The notes: generated from the sequence alone by a model not told the origin. A DNA stretch of 64,000 nt from Rickettsiales bacterium (GCA_044356525.1 JBIKVZ010000002.1:2612-66611), one strand, 5' to 3'. Positions 42,699-51,050 are shown, numbered from the stretch's first letter. A program made the numbers and translations.

Positions 42699-44261
42699 AT
42701 GACAGTCGTACGTTCTGCTTTTACCGTGGGTTTTTACACGCTTCTTTCCCGCTTTTCCGGTTTTGCCCGCGACATGCTGGTGGCGGGTGTACTGGGCGCA
42801 GGCCAGCTGGCAGACGTTTTTTTTGTCGCCTTTAAATTACCGAATTTCTTCCGCCGCCTGTTTGCCGAAGGGGCATTTAACTCGGCATTTATTCCGATGT
42901 TTTCCTCCATTATGGCAGAGGATGGGCAGGAGAAAGCCCTAAAATTCGCCCAAAAAATATTTACCATTATGGTGATTTTTTTACTGCTATTTACCGTGGT
43001 GTTCCAGATTCTAATGCCCGTGGTGATGGTGGTTCTTGCCCCAGGGTTCGTAGGAAAAAATGGCGTGTTTGATTTAGCGGTGCTGCTGACGCGCATCACA
43101 TTTCCTTATCTGATGTTTATTTCACTAGTGGCTTTGATGGCAGGTGTGCTCAACGGTTTCGGCAAGTTTGCCGCCGGTGCTAGCGCCCCGATTTTGCTGA
43201 ACCTGACGCTGATTGCAGCAATCTTGTGGGGTAAAAACTATACTGAGACACCAGCCCATGCACTGGCATGGGGTGTGGCGGCAGCGGGCGTGATTCAGTT
43301 TATTTGGCTGTATATTGCCTGCGCGCGGCAGGGCATATACTTTAAAATATCGCGTCCCCGCATGAACCCGCAGGTGAAAAAAATGCTGAAACTGATGGTG
43401 CCTGGCATCATCGGGGGCGGCATCACGCAGATCAACCTGTGGATAGACGTGATGATTGGCACGCTGATTACAGGTGCGGTGTCATATTTATATTATGCAG
43501 ACAGGATTAACCAGTTGCCGATGTCGGTAATTGGCACAGCAGTGGGCACTGCCATGCTACCGGTGCTGGCGAGAATCATCCGTGAAGGCAATCACGCTGA
43601 GGTCATACGCCACCAGAACAAAGCGCTGGAATTTACGATGTTGATTACGTTACCTGCCTGCGTGGGGATGCTAGCAACGGCGCATTTGATCATTGCAACA
43701 TTGTTTGAGCATGGCGCGTTCACGGCAGAAGATACGCATGCTACAGCGCTAGCATTGCAGGCGTTTGCACTTGGTTTGCCAGCCTTTGTGATGATTAAAT
43801 TATTCCAGCCTGGGTATTTTGCTGCACACGATACGGCGACGCCCGTGAAATTCGCGTTGATATGCATGGTGATTAATATTGTGCTGAACCTTGCTTCAGT
43901 ATTTAGCCTGCAGAAACTTGGTTTTTATCCGCATGTGGGCATTGCGCTTGCCACGAGCTTTGCAGGTTGGGTAAACACATTTTTGTTGGCGCGCGGCCTC
44001 AGTAAAAGGGGTAGCTTTGTACCAGGCAGCGCGGTGAAAATCCGTTTAGCAAAAATGCTGACCTGCAGCCTTTTAATGGGGGCTGTGCTATGGGGTGTTC
44101 AATATGCGCTAGCGGGTTTACGCGGTCATGTTGCCGGTGAAGCGGCGACGCTCGTTGGCGTGATTGCAGCGGCGTTAGTGGTATATTTCAGCGCGATACA
44201 TTTCACTGGCACATATCCGCTGGGTGAAGTGAGAAAGCTACTCAAGCGCCGCAAAAAATAA
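42699..44261 (+). CDS. murJ: lipid II flippase MurJ
   Basis: 520 aa, polytopic. The N-terminal SRxxGFxRD pattern (LSRFSGFARDMLVA) is typical of MurJ/MviN. Confidence 0.92.
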   Translation: MTVVRSAFTVGFYTLLSRFSGFARDMLVAGVLGAGQLADVFFVAFKLPNFFRRLFAEGAFNSAFIPMFSSIMAEDGQEKALKFAQKIFTIMVIFLLLFTVVFQILMPVVMVVLAPGFVGKNGVFDLAVLLTRITFPYLMFISLVALMAGVLNGFGKFAAGASAPILLNLTLIAAILWGKNYTETPAHALAWGVAAAGVIQFIWLYIACARQGIYFKISRPRMNPQVKKMLKLMVPGIIGGGITQINLWIDVMIGTLITGAVSYLYYADRINQLPMSVIGTAVGTAMLPVLARIIREGNHAEVIRHQNKALEFTMLITLPACVGMLATAHLIIATLFEHGAFTAEDTHATALALQAFALGLPAFVMIKLFQPGYFAAHDTATPVKFALICMVINIVLNLASVFSLQKLGFYPHVGIALATSFAGWVNTFLLARGLSKRGSFVPGSAVKIRLAKMLTCSLLMGAVLWGVQYALAGLRGHVAGEAATLVGVIAAALVVYFSAIHFTGTYPLGEVRKLLKRRKK

Positions 44262-44738
44262 TTAGCGCGGTAGCGGCAGCGAAGGCATGTTGCTGAATAC
44301 TGCAATCAGCACGATGATGCCCCAGAAAACAAGTAGCCGCTTACCGCCAGTCAGCCACCAATATACAAATGAAATGGCAATTGAAACGGGCTGACCAAAC
44401 GAGGCAGGTGAAAGCTCAAAGAAACGCGCGAGCGGCTTGGAAAGCATAAAGAGCTGAACGAACGCGTCGCCCGGCAGGCTAAAAATCCATACAAACCACA
44501 GCATCATGTCGCTTGCCGTGAAACTACCGTTGCGATTTAGATCGAGCGCGGTGTACCAGCGCGGGTGGTCAAAGGCATCAGGCTTGAAGAAAATCACGAT
44601 AATCATGAGGAAAAGTACCATCCCCATATAGAACATATTTATCCCGCCTTCATCCACCTCGGCCAATTGGTCGAACAGGTTGGCATCGTTTTGCACAATA
44701 TAACGTTGCGGCGGCTCATGGTGTTTGCGTGGTGGCAT
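44262..44738 (-). CDS. hypothetical membrane protein
   Basis: 158 aa with 3-4 hydrophobic helices. It contains one EF-hand-loop-like stretch (DLNRNGSFTASD). No family recognised. Confidence 0.55.
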   Translation of the reverse strand: MPPRKHHEPPQRYIVQNDANLFDQLAEVDEGGINMFYMGMVLFLMIIVIFFKPDAFDHPRWYTALDLNRNGSFTASDMMLWFVWIFSLPGDAFVQLFMLSKPLARFFELSPASFGQPVSIAISFVYWWLTGGKRLLVFWGIIVLIAVFSNMPSLPLPR

Positions 44739-44852
44739 AACTCTCCCCAGAGATACTGTATTTTCGAGCGAAGCGTATCATTTCGTATGGTAAATCACAA
44801 AGAAAAACCGGACGCCATAAACAATGGCTTGCATTCCACATGTGCCAAATAG

Positions 44853-46415
44853 ATGATGGAAGCAGCGATTTTTAATAGCGAATTATTTATGTCGGCATTC
44901 AAATCGGAATTTACCGTACCGCTACTTGTTGCAGCATTTGGACTATTGCTGTGTGTGGCTTCGTATTATCCCGGCTATGCCATGAACGACAGTATCAGCA
45001 TTTATAAAAGCATTAAATCTGATACTATTGGAGATTGGTTTCCGCCTTGTTTTTCGTTGGTGTGGAGAGAGCTGGATGCCATATGGCCTGGGCAGCAAAC
45101 GCTCTTTTTATTACAAAATATTTTGTACTGGAGCGCTGTTTTTTTAATCGGCTCTACGGTTGCGTATGGACGGGGTGTTAAGGCTGCTATCGTTGCTATA
45201 GGATTTTGCTTTTTTCCATATTTTTTGTTTGGGCTTGGCGTGGTCCAGCGTGAGCCGTTGCTGGCGGCCGCAGTGCTACTGGCTTTTAGCATGCTCTGGT
45301 TTCGTCGTCGTACGGGGCACCTGCACCCGCTTTGGGTTAAAATTGGCGCCAGCGGACTATGTCTTTTTGCTGTTTCCATTCGGCATGAGGCAATCATTAT
45401 ACTGCCATTTTTTGCAGCCTATTTGGTGGTTGAAAAAGGTGATATCCGCCAACTAAAAACATGGAAAAAAATAGGCGCTTTATTTGTGGTGCTGGTAATT
45501 ATGAGCACGGCTGTTTCACAATTTTGTAAGTACTGCACGGACGCAAATAAATCCTATGCTTCCAGTACACTTATTTATTTTGATCTTAAGGGCATCAGCT
45601 ATTTTATGCCCAAAGGGGAGTATGTCAGCTTTGGCGAGTTTGATTCTGAGCAGGCGAAGGAAGTGTACGATGGCCGTGAATGGTCACGCCATTACCTGAC
45701 ACACGATCAAAGAGATATGGATTATTTTAAAATTATCCATCAAAGGCACTGGAGTGATTTACAGGGCGTGAGAAAACTCTGGCTAAGCCTTATTGCTCAG
45801 TATCCGCTCAGTTATCTAAAGCATCGGTTCAATCACTTTATTTATCAGTTGGAAATTAAAGATACGCCGCCGAATGTATTAAAGATTGCAGTTAAATATG
45901 CTGATGATCCCAATGTCATTAATCAAAACTATGATGATTTAGCTAACGCAAAAATAACGGGTGTCGCGGATGTGTTCTATCGCTATGGCATTGCAAAATC
46001 GTGGGGATTTTTTGCGTTTTCGTTTGTTCTACTCTTTTTTTATCGTTGCTTTAAGTCAACTGAGGATAAGGAGTTTTTTCTTGTATTGCTGCTCGGCGGC
46101 ATTACTTACAGCCTAATTTTCTTGATAATTGGCGTTGCGCATCAGGCGCGCTATTTTTTCTGGCACAATGTGGCAACAGTGGTGGCATTAGGTTTGCTAT
46201 GTGCACAGATGGTGCCGCCAGCTACCAGTAAGGCGATGGCAAAGGCTACAAAACCAAAAAAAGCGTATAAGAAGAAGTCGCAAACGAAGAAAAAGAAAGA
46301 ATGGTGCCTCTGGCCGGGGTCGAACCGGCACGTCCCGCAAAGGACAACAGATTTTGAGTCTTATCATCACAACAGCCTACAAATTCCTACAACAAGAAAT
46401 TGTAGGGTTTTCTAG
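44853..46415 (+). CDS. large polytopic membrane protein (GT-C-like?), with 3' end running through the tRNA-Leu att fragment
   Basis: 520 aa with many TM helices and a Lys-rich tail. The last ~38 codons are antisense to the tRNA-Leu fragment (46302-46361) and to island DNA, so the present C-terminus is shaped by the integration junction. Confidence 0.6.
   Translation: MMEAAIFNSELFMSAFKSEFTVPLLVAAFGLLLCVASYYPGYAMNDSISIYKSIKSDTIGDWFPPCFSLVWRELDAIWPGQQTLFLLQNILYWSAVFLIGSTVAYGRGVKAAIVAIGFCFFPYFLFGLGVVQREPLLAAAVLLAFSMLWFRRRTGHLHPLWVKIGASGLCLFAVSIRHEAIIILPFFAAYLVVEKGDIRQLKTWKKIGALFVVLVIMSTAVSQFCKYCTDANKSYASSTLIYFDLKGISYFMPKGEYVSFGEFDSEQAKEVYDGREWSRHYLTHDQRDMDYFKIIHQRHWSDLQGVRKLWLSLIAQYPLSYLKHRFNHFIYQLEIKDTPPNVLKIAVKYADDPNVINQNYDDLANAKITGVADVFYRYGIAKSWGFFAFSFVLLFFYRCFKSTEDKEFFLVLLLGGITYSLIFLIIGVAHQARYFFWHNVATVVALGLLCAQMVPPATSKAMAKATKPKKAYKKKSQTKKKKEWCLWPGSNRHVPQRTTDFESYHHNSLQIPTTRNCRVF
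46302..46361 (-). other. 3' fragment of tRNA-Leu(CAA) (anticodon loop to CCA): island att-site repeat
   Basis: The reverse complement reads AGA-CTCAAAA-TCT, a long variable arm, GCCGG-TTCGACC-CCGGC, then CAGAGGC-A-CCA. The T-arm is perfect and the anticodon is CAA. No matching 5' acceptor/D-arm follows. Confidence 0.85.
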
Positions 46416-46462
46416 GTATATTTCAATAGTGATCTGTTGGGGCCATTTGTGCTTATTTGGGG

Positions 46463-46639
46463 TTATTTGTACCTAAATGTCCCATCAGTGTCCCTTGGAT
46501 TGATAGCTGTAGGTAGATGTCTTTGGAGGGTTGGTGTTGGCGTGACAATGCTCTGCCTATCGTCCAGCCGGTCAGCCAGAAGGTCTACTGCCATCTCCCT
46601 GATTTCATCACGTATGCTTTTCAGATGCCCTGAATCCAT
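46463..46639 (-). CDS. possible small ORF (58 aa)
   Basis: Below the track cutoff. ATG at 46639 is preceded by AGGA 8 nt upstream, 10 nt after the stop of the 77-aa gene. The product is MDSGHLKSIRDEIREMAVDLL...FRYK. Part of it is repeated as a relic at 51051-51108. Confidence 0.35.
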   Translation of the reverse strand: MDSGHLKSIRDEIREMAVDLLADRLDDRQSIVTPTPTLQRHLPTAINPRDTDGTFRYK

Positions 46640-46648
46640 CAAATTTTC

Positions 46649-46882
46649 CTAGGGCTTTAGATAGCGAGCGATGGTGGCACTATCGGGATACTCGCCATAT
46701 CCGCTTTCCAATATTTCGCCCCGCGCGGAAACATCCATCACTCTCCCAGCCTCTGCCTGCTTTGAAAGCAGTACAGATTTCTGATGGTTTGCGCGCACCA
46801 GATGCCAACAGCTTCGGCCGGTGATGTCGCATCCCCTTACCACAGTAATTTCTTCTGGCCTGATTTTTGTTCTTGTCATCAT
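46649..46882 (-). CDS. hypothetical protein (77 aa)
   Basis: The ORF overlaps the stop of the upstream M20 gene by 4 nt (translational coupling). No family recognised. Confidence 0.5.
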   Translation of the reverse strand: MMTRTKIRPEEITVVRGCDITGRSCWHLVRANHQKSVLLSKQAEAGRVMDVSARGEILESGYGEYPDSATIARYLKP

Positions 46883-48294
46883 TGAATACCCGGCGTGCGC
46901 TCTACAAGCGGTGCTGAACCAAATGGAATGATACGGTTGTCAGGTTTGGAAGCGACCAGCTTGTCGCGATCCAAACAAGTTTCGGCGATGGCCGCCAGCA
47001 ACATTTGTGGCCCACGCTTCAGCTGCTCAGGAGTAATAAATTCGTTTTGCGCGTGTGCGCCTTGTGAGAGCAGGCCTGTGCCAAAGACCAGCGTGGTGGC
47101 GCTGGGGAAATGAAACGCAAATCCACCTGCGTCAGAAGCAAAACCTACCGTTTGAGTTTTTGGTTCTTTTTCATTCACCGCAGCATAAATCTGGGCAAAC
47201 GCTTTCACCGCCTCAGGATTTTGAACTGGCAACTGGCGAGAATTTGAAACTAGTGTACGTGAAACTTTTGCTTCCGGCAGGGTGGCATCAGGCGGTGTTT
47301 TTTCTTCCGCCTCTGCCCGGATGAGGCGGTCAAGTTCTGCCACTCTTCTTTGAATGGGCTCCATCAGTTTCTCGAGCGGCATCGCCGGTGTAGTACGCAA
47401 ATGTAGGCTTATTGTGGCACCCGCAGGAATGGTGTTGCCGCTATTGCCAATAGTGACCGTGCCAGCATTTACGATGGGGTAGGGCGGATCAAAATGTGGG
47501 TCGTGATATTGCGAATCTTTCATCAGACGGCTCTGGTAGTCAATAATAAACCCCAGTAAATCGTGCGCGTAATGCAGGGCATTCACCAATTTTTCTGGCT
47601 CAGAAGAATGCCCCCCAATGCCCGTGATTTGAATATTAAGACCAGCCGCACCCTTGTGACTATATACCACCGACTCACCGGTGGGCTCATTCACAATCAC
47701 CATGCGGGGGTTACAGCCTTGCTTAGTGAGTTTTTCACAGACACGGTCTACCCCTTGGCAACCCACTTCCTCACCATATGAGAGTGCAAAATAGACCGGC
47801 TCCTTCAATGTATCGTGCCTCCCTTCATAAAGGCGCGCCACTGCGAGCATATTCAAAATCGCTTGTTTCATATCCACTGCACCCCGACCTACCAAACCAT
47901 ATTCAGCTGAGGTGAGCTTGAAAGGGTCCTGTCCGTTCCAATCGCCCGGAGCGGGCACGACATCAGTGTGTGAGGAAAGAACTACACCAGCAGGTGCAGA
48001 AGATTCTTTAGTGGCATTGCCACCGATTTTCCCAGTGAGCGTGGCTTGCATGATGCCTGACCCTTTGGGGTACTCGTCCTCTTCGGTGTAAAGCGTTTCT
48101 ACTCCTAGGCGATCAAGCTCTCGCTTGAGCGTTTTGACGAATGGCACGTTACTTCTCGCAAGCTCCGGCTTATGCGAGCTTGAGGTATCGTACCCCACCA
48201 GAATTTCTAGTACCTTAATTGCATCCTCCATGGATGCAAAGGTGCCATCTGCATTCAGCGAAAGATTATCAATGTAGGTGGAAAGCATATCCAT
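46879..48294 (-). CDS. M20 family metallopeptidase (ArgE/DapE/acetylornithine deacetylase-like)
   Basis: Metal-binding motifs are LSSHTDVVP, GRGAVDMK and SYGEEVG. The likely start is MDMLSTY at 48294, although the ORF is open to 48375. Confidence 0.8.
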   Translation of the reverse strand: MDMLSTYIDNLSLNADGTFASMEDAIKVLEILVGYDTSSSHKPELARSNVPFVKTLKRELDRLGVETLYTEEDEYPKGSGIMQATLTGKIGGNATKESSAPAGVVLSSHTDVVPAPGDWNGQDPFKLTSAEYGLVGRGAVDMKQAILNMLAVARLYEGRHDTLKEPVYFALSYGEEVGCQGVDRVCEKLTKQGCNPRMVIVNEPTGESVVYSHKGAAGLNIQITGIGGHSSEPEKLVNALHYAHDLLGFIIDYQSRLMKDSQYHDPHFDPPYPIVNAGTVTIGNSGNTIPAGATISLHLRTTPAMPLEKLMEPIQRRVAELDRLIRAEAEEKTPPDATLPEAKVSRTLVSNSRQLPVQNPEAVKAFAQIYAAVNEKEPKTQTVGFASDAGGFAFHFPSATTLVFGTGLLSQGAHAQNEFITPEQLKRGPQMLLAAIAETCLDRDKLVASKPDNRIIPFGSAPLVERTPGIQ

Positions 48295-48374
48295 AGAATC
48301 CCGAGGCCATAAAAGAGCAGTGTAGCAACCTTCAATTAACGAAAGATTAATAGGAAATGCGGGCGTAAACACCA

Positions 48375-48455
48375 AAACAGGTATTGAGTCTATAAATCAG
48401 ATGGTTAATGCCATAATCCGCTTTTTTCACTGTACATCCCTGGATTTGAAGATGT
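48375..48455 (+). repeat. relic copy of the 3' end of the 109-aa gene plus downstream spacer (repeat D; partner E at 60489-60573)
   Basis: 29 of 32 nt are identical over GTATTGAGTCTATAAATCAGATGGTTAATGCC versus 60495-60526. The last codons KQVLSL-stop are preserved, and the alignment continues to ...TTCACTGT...TTTGAA. Confidence 0.8.
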
Positions 48456-48599
48456 TAAGGAGTTTGTGCCCCTGAAGTTATTAAAGGCATTTAAAAAAGA
48501 GTAAAAAACGCTTAAAAAAACGGCGCCGCACGGCAATAAAAAGGATGACAAGATATTTACTATCTTTTATAACCCTAGCTCCTATAAAGTCCAATAAGT

Positions 48600-48674
48600 G
48601 CCTCGATAGCTCAGTTGGTAGAGCAAGGGATTGAAAATCCCTGTGTCGCTGTTCGATTCCGGCTCGAGTCACCA
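48600..48674 (+). tRNA. tRNA-Phe(GAA)-like gene, 75 nt, with aberrant T-stem (possible pseudo-tRNA)
   Basis: GCCTCGA-TA-GCTC-AGTTGGTA-GAGC-A-AGGGA-TTGAAAA-TCCCT is a canonical 5' two-thirds. However, the 5' T-stem strand (CGCTG or GCTG) does not pair with CCGGC, and acceptor pair 2:71 is C:T. Confidence 0.7.
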
Positions 48675-48704
48675 TTTTCCCATTTTAAGCAGCGAATAAG
48701 TAAA

Positions 48705-49112
48705 ATGGTCGACATTAACATCGTCTATCAGGGTGAGTTACGTTCTGAGGCCACACACGGGCCTTCGGGCACTGTTCTCACCACTGATGCACCTAAAGAC
48801 AATCACGGTAAAGGCGAGAGCTTCTCGCCGACAGATCTGGTGGCAACCGCCCTGGGCAGTTGCATGCTCACAGTGATGGGAATTGCCGCTCGTACACTGC
48901 AAGTAGATTTAAATGGAACCAAGGTGCATGTGAAAAAAGAAATGGCCGCCAAACCCGTGCGCCGTATTGACACACTCACAATCACCATCAATGTGCCCAC
49001 AAAGCTCGATGATAAGAAAAAGCAGCAGCTGACAAAAGCCGCTCTGAGCTGCCCTGTGTATCACAGCCTCCACCCCGATATAAAAACCCCCATCGAATTT
49101 ATCTGGGCATAA
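48705..49112 (+). CDS. OsmC/Ohr family protein
   Basis: 135 aa from the ATG at 48705. OsmC-fold pattern: ...FSPTDLVATALGSCMLTVMG...ALSCPVYHSL with two conserved Cys. Confidence 0.82.
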   Translation: MVDINIVYQGELRSEATHGPSGTVLTTDAPKDNHGKGESFSPTDLVATALGSCMLTVMGIAARTLQVDLNGTKVHVKKEMAAKPVRRIDTLTITINVPTKLDDKKKQQLTKAALSCPVYHSLHPDIKTPIEFIWA

Positions 49113-49118
49113 ATCAGT

Positions 49119-49260
49119 TCGGTTTCCACCTTCACATTCCCACCAATTCGCTCTAGCTTGTGGGCATGTTAGCAGACTCAATCACGGATTTACTTACCGC
49201 TTCGTTGGCTGTATGTTGACTTCAACAGCTATTTCGCGAGCGTGGAACAGCAGTTAAACC
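49119..49260 (+). pseudogene. truncated, frameshifted duplicate of the promoter region and 5' end of the Y-family polymerase gene
   Basis: It aligns by eye with 49679-49817 (TTTCCACCTTCACATTC...CAGACTCAATCAC...TGGCTGTATGTTGA...AACAGCTA...GCGTGGA.CAGCAGTTAAAC). A 4-nt length difference breaks the frame after MLADSITD. Confidence 0.8.
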
Positions 49261-49278
49261 TTTAGAAAAAGGACTTTT

Positions 49279-49572
49279 ATGAAATACGTTTTATTTGCAT
49301 GGAACTTTATTTTTAACCATGAAGTGAGTCCGGTTCGTAATATTCCAGACATAGCTATTAGGCATTACATTTTGCAAGCATTAGGGCTCATGTGGGCAGC
49401 CAGTTTTTCAATTGCAATCGGTAGCTATACTTTTTTTGCAGCGAGCGTAATCGGGCACACTGTTTTAATAGCAGCTGCAGCGATTACCGTTGCGGTTCTC
49501 ACTGCAGCGGCAAAGAAGCCGAAGGTTTTCACGCGCGCGCTGGGTCGCCAAAATGATGGCGAGCACGAATAG
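49279..49572 (+). CDS. small membrane protein (97 aa)
   Basis: Two to three hydrophobic helices. It sits between the duplicated polymerase 5' ends. No family recognised. Confidence 0.5.
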   Translation: MKYVLFAWNFIFNHEVSPVRNIPDIAIRHYILQALGLMWAASFSIAIGSYTFFAASVIGHTVLIAAAAITVAVLTAAAKKPKVFTRALGRQNDGEHE

Positions 49573-49726
49573 TACTTTAATTATAAACATGGTTGTTTTG
49601 TAGGTTATACGCCTTAAATCTATGGCGCCTGCTTTCCCTGCCACAGCTTTTCTAAACGAATATCGCGGCCACAGTCGCTTCAGTTTCCACCTTCACATTC
49701 TCAGTAATTCGCTCTAGCCTGTGGCC

Positions 49727-51004
49727 ATGCTCACAGACTCAATCACCGACTTACCCCTCCGCTGGCTGTATGTTGATTTTAACAGCTACTTTGCCAGCGT
49801 GGAGCAGCAGTTAAACTCCAAATTAAGGGGCAAGCCCGTTGCCGTGGTGCCAGTGGAGACGGATGCCACCAGCGCCATTGCCGCAAGCTATGAGGCCAAG
49901 GCATTCGGGATTAAAACTGGCACCCCCATCTATGAAGCCAAGCGTATGTGCCCAGGACTTATTTGTGTGCTGGCGAAGCATGAGAAGTATGTTGAGTTTC
50001 ATAACCGCATCATTGAAGAGGTGGGGCGGCATATTCCTGTCTCGATTGTAGCTTCGATTGACGAAGTCGCATGCCATCTGATGGACAACGAGACGTCACT
50101 TAAAAAGGTCACCGAGATTGCCGCTTCTATCAAAAAAGGCTTGGCAAAGAATATCGGTGAATATGTGAAATGCTCTATCGGGGTGGCGCCGAATCGCTAC
50201 CTTGCAAAAATTGCTACCGATATGAAAAAGCCGGATGGCTTCACCATCCTGACACCCCAGGATCTGCCCGCTCGCCTGTTTGAGTTAGAGCTTAGGGACC
50301 TGTCAGGTATTGGGCGCAACATGGAGATACGACTTCGCCTTGCTGGCATTGGCACCATCAAGGACCTCTGGGCACTCGATAAAAAGCAGATTCGCAAAGT
50401 ATGGGGCAGTATCTGGGGTGAGCGCATGTGGTATTTCCTGCGTGGGCATGAGCTGCCCGAAGAAGAAACCACTCGCAGCACCATCGGCCATAGCCACGTG
50501 ATGGCCCCTGAGCTGCGCGACCCCGAACAAGCAAAATATGTGGCACGCAGGCTCGTGCTTAAAGCTGCAAGCCGCCTCAGGCGGTTGGGATACTACGCCA
50601 GCGCCTTGTCCTTCTCTACGCGACTGCAAGATGGCCCACGGCTTGAAACGAGTGAACAGTTCTATCGCGCACAGGATAATAAGACAATTCTGGAGGCCTT
50701 TGATAAGGCCTGGACGAACGTGATGCAGGAAGCGAGGAACGCGAAGCTAAAGAAAGTATCCGTAACACTGCATCACCTGACCGCCGCAACAGACATACAG
50801 CCAGAGTTGTTTGAAAGCCTTTCTGATATTGATATGAAGCAGCGCGGGAAAAGTGAAAGGCTCTCCCATGCCATGGACAGACTGAATCATAAATATGGCC
50901 GCGATACCGTCACCGTCGGCATGCTGCCCACGCAAGGTCGTAGCTTTTCAGGCACTAAAATTGCCTTCACCCGCATCCCAGATGCAGAAGAGTTTTTGGA
51001 ATAG
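49727..51004 (+). CDS. Y-family DNA polymerase (DinB/UmuC/ImpB-like)
   Basis: WLYVDFNSYFASVEQ (catalytic DxxxxF[F/Y]), SIDEVA and GVAPNRYLAKIATDMKKPDG motifs. I prefer the ATG at 49727 over the GTG at 49721. Confidence 0.88.
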   Translation: MLTDSITDLPLRWLYVDFNSYFASVEQQLNSKLRGKPVAVVPVETDATSAIAASYEAKAFGIKTGTPIYEAKRMCPGLICVLAKHEKYVEFHNRIIEEVGRHIPVSIVASIDEVACHLMDNETSLKKVTEIAASIKKGLAKNIGEYVKCSIGVAPNRYLAKIATDMKKPDGFTILTPQDLPARLFELELRDLSGIGRNMEIRLRLAGIGTIKDLWALDKKQIRKVWGSIWGERMWYFLRGHELPEEETTRSTIGHSHVMAPELRDPEQAKYVARRLVLKAASRLRRLGYYASALSFSTRLQDGPRLETSEQFYRAQDNKTILEAFDKAWTNVMQEARNAKLKKVSVTLHHLTAATDIQPELFESLSDIDMKQRGKSERLSHAMDRLNHKYGRDTVTVGMLPTQGRSFSGTKIAFTRIPDAEEFLE

Positions 51005-51008
51005 ACAG

Positions 51009-51027
51009 GAAAATCCCTGTGCTGTCC
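51009..51027 (+). other. short tRNA-Phe-derived fragment
   Basis: GAAAATCCCTGTG (13/13 identical to tRNA-Phe positions 48633-48645) followed by CTGTCC. It lies next to repeat G. Confidence 0.5.
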
Positions 51028-51050
51028 AAAATCTACACGTAAATGCGCTG

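Noticed and set aside
44472-44507. EF-hand-like 12-residue loop (DLNRNGSFTASD) in the 158-aa membrane protein.
   Set aside because: It is a single short motif match without the flanking helices being verifiable, which is insufficient to call calcium binding.
48481-48675. 64-aa minus-strand ORF, and the N-terminal extension of the plus ORF 48615-49112, both over the tRNA-Phe-like gene.
   Set aside because: They overlap a tRNA-type sequence. The OsmC-like protein has a sensible ATG at 48705.
49119-49726. I looked for a LexA/SOS box upstream of the Y-family polymerase copies: GTTC-N7-GTTC (alphaproteobacterial type) or CTG-N10-CAG (gamma type).
   Set aside because: No match with correct spacing was found. 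CTGTGGCCATGCTCACAG has a 12-nt spacer. I make no SOS-regulation claim.
51025-51040. An 8-nt match (AGATTTTG, reverse complement) between the 51.03-kb region and the tRNA-Leu fragment.
   Set aside because: It is too short and in the opposite orientation, so it is compatible with chance.
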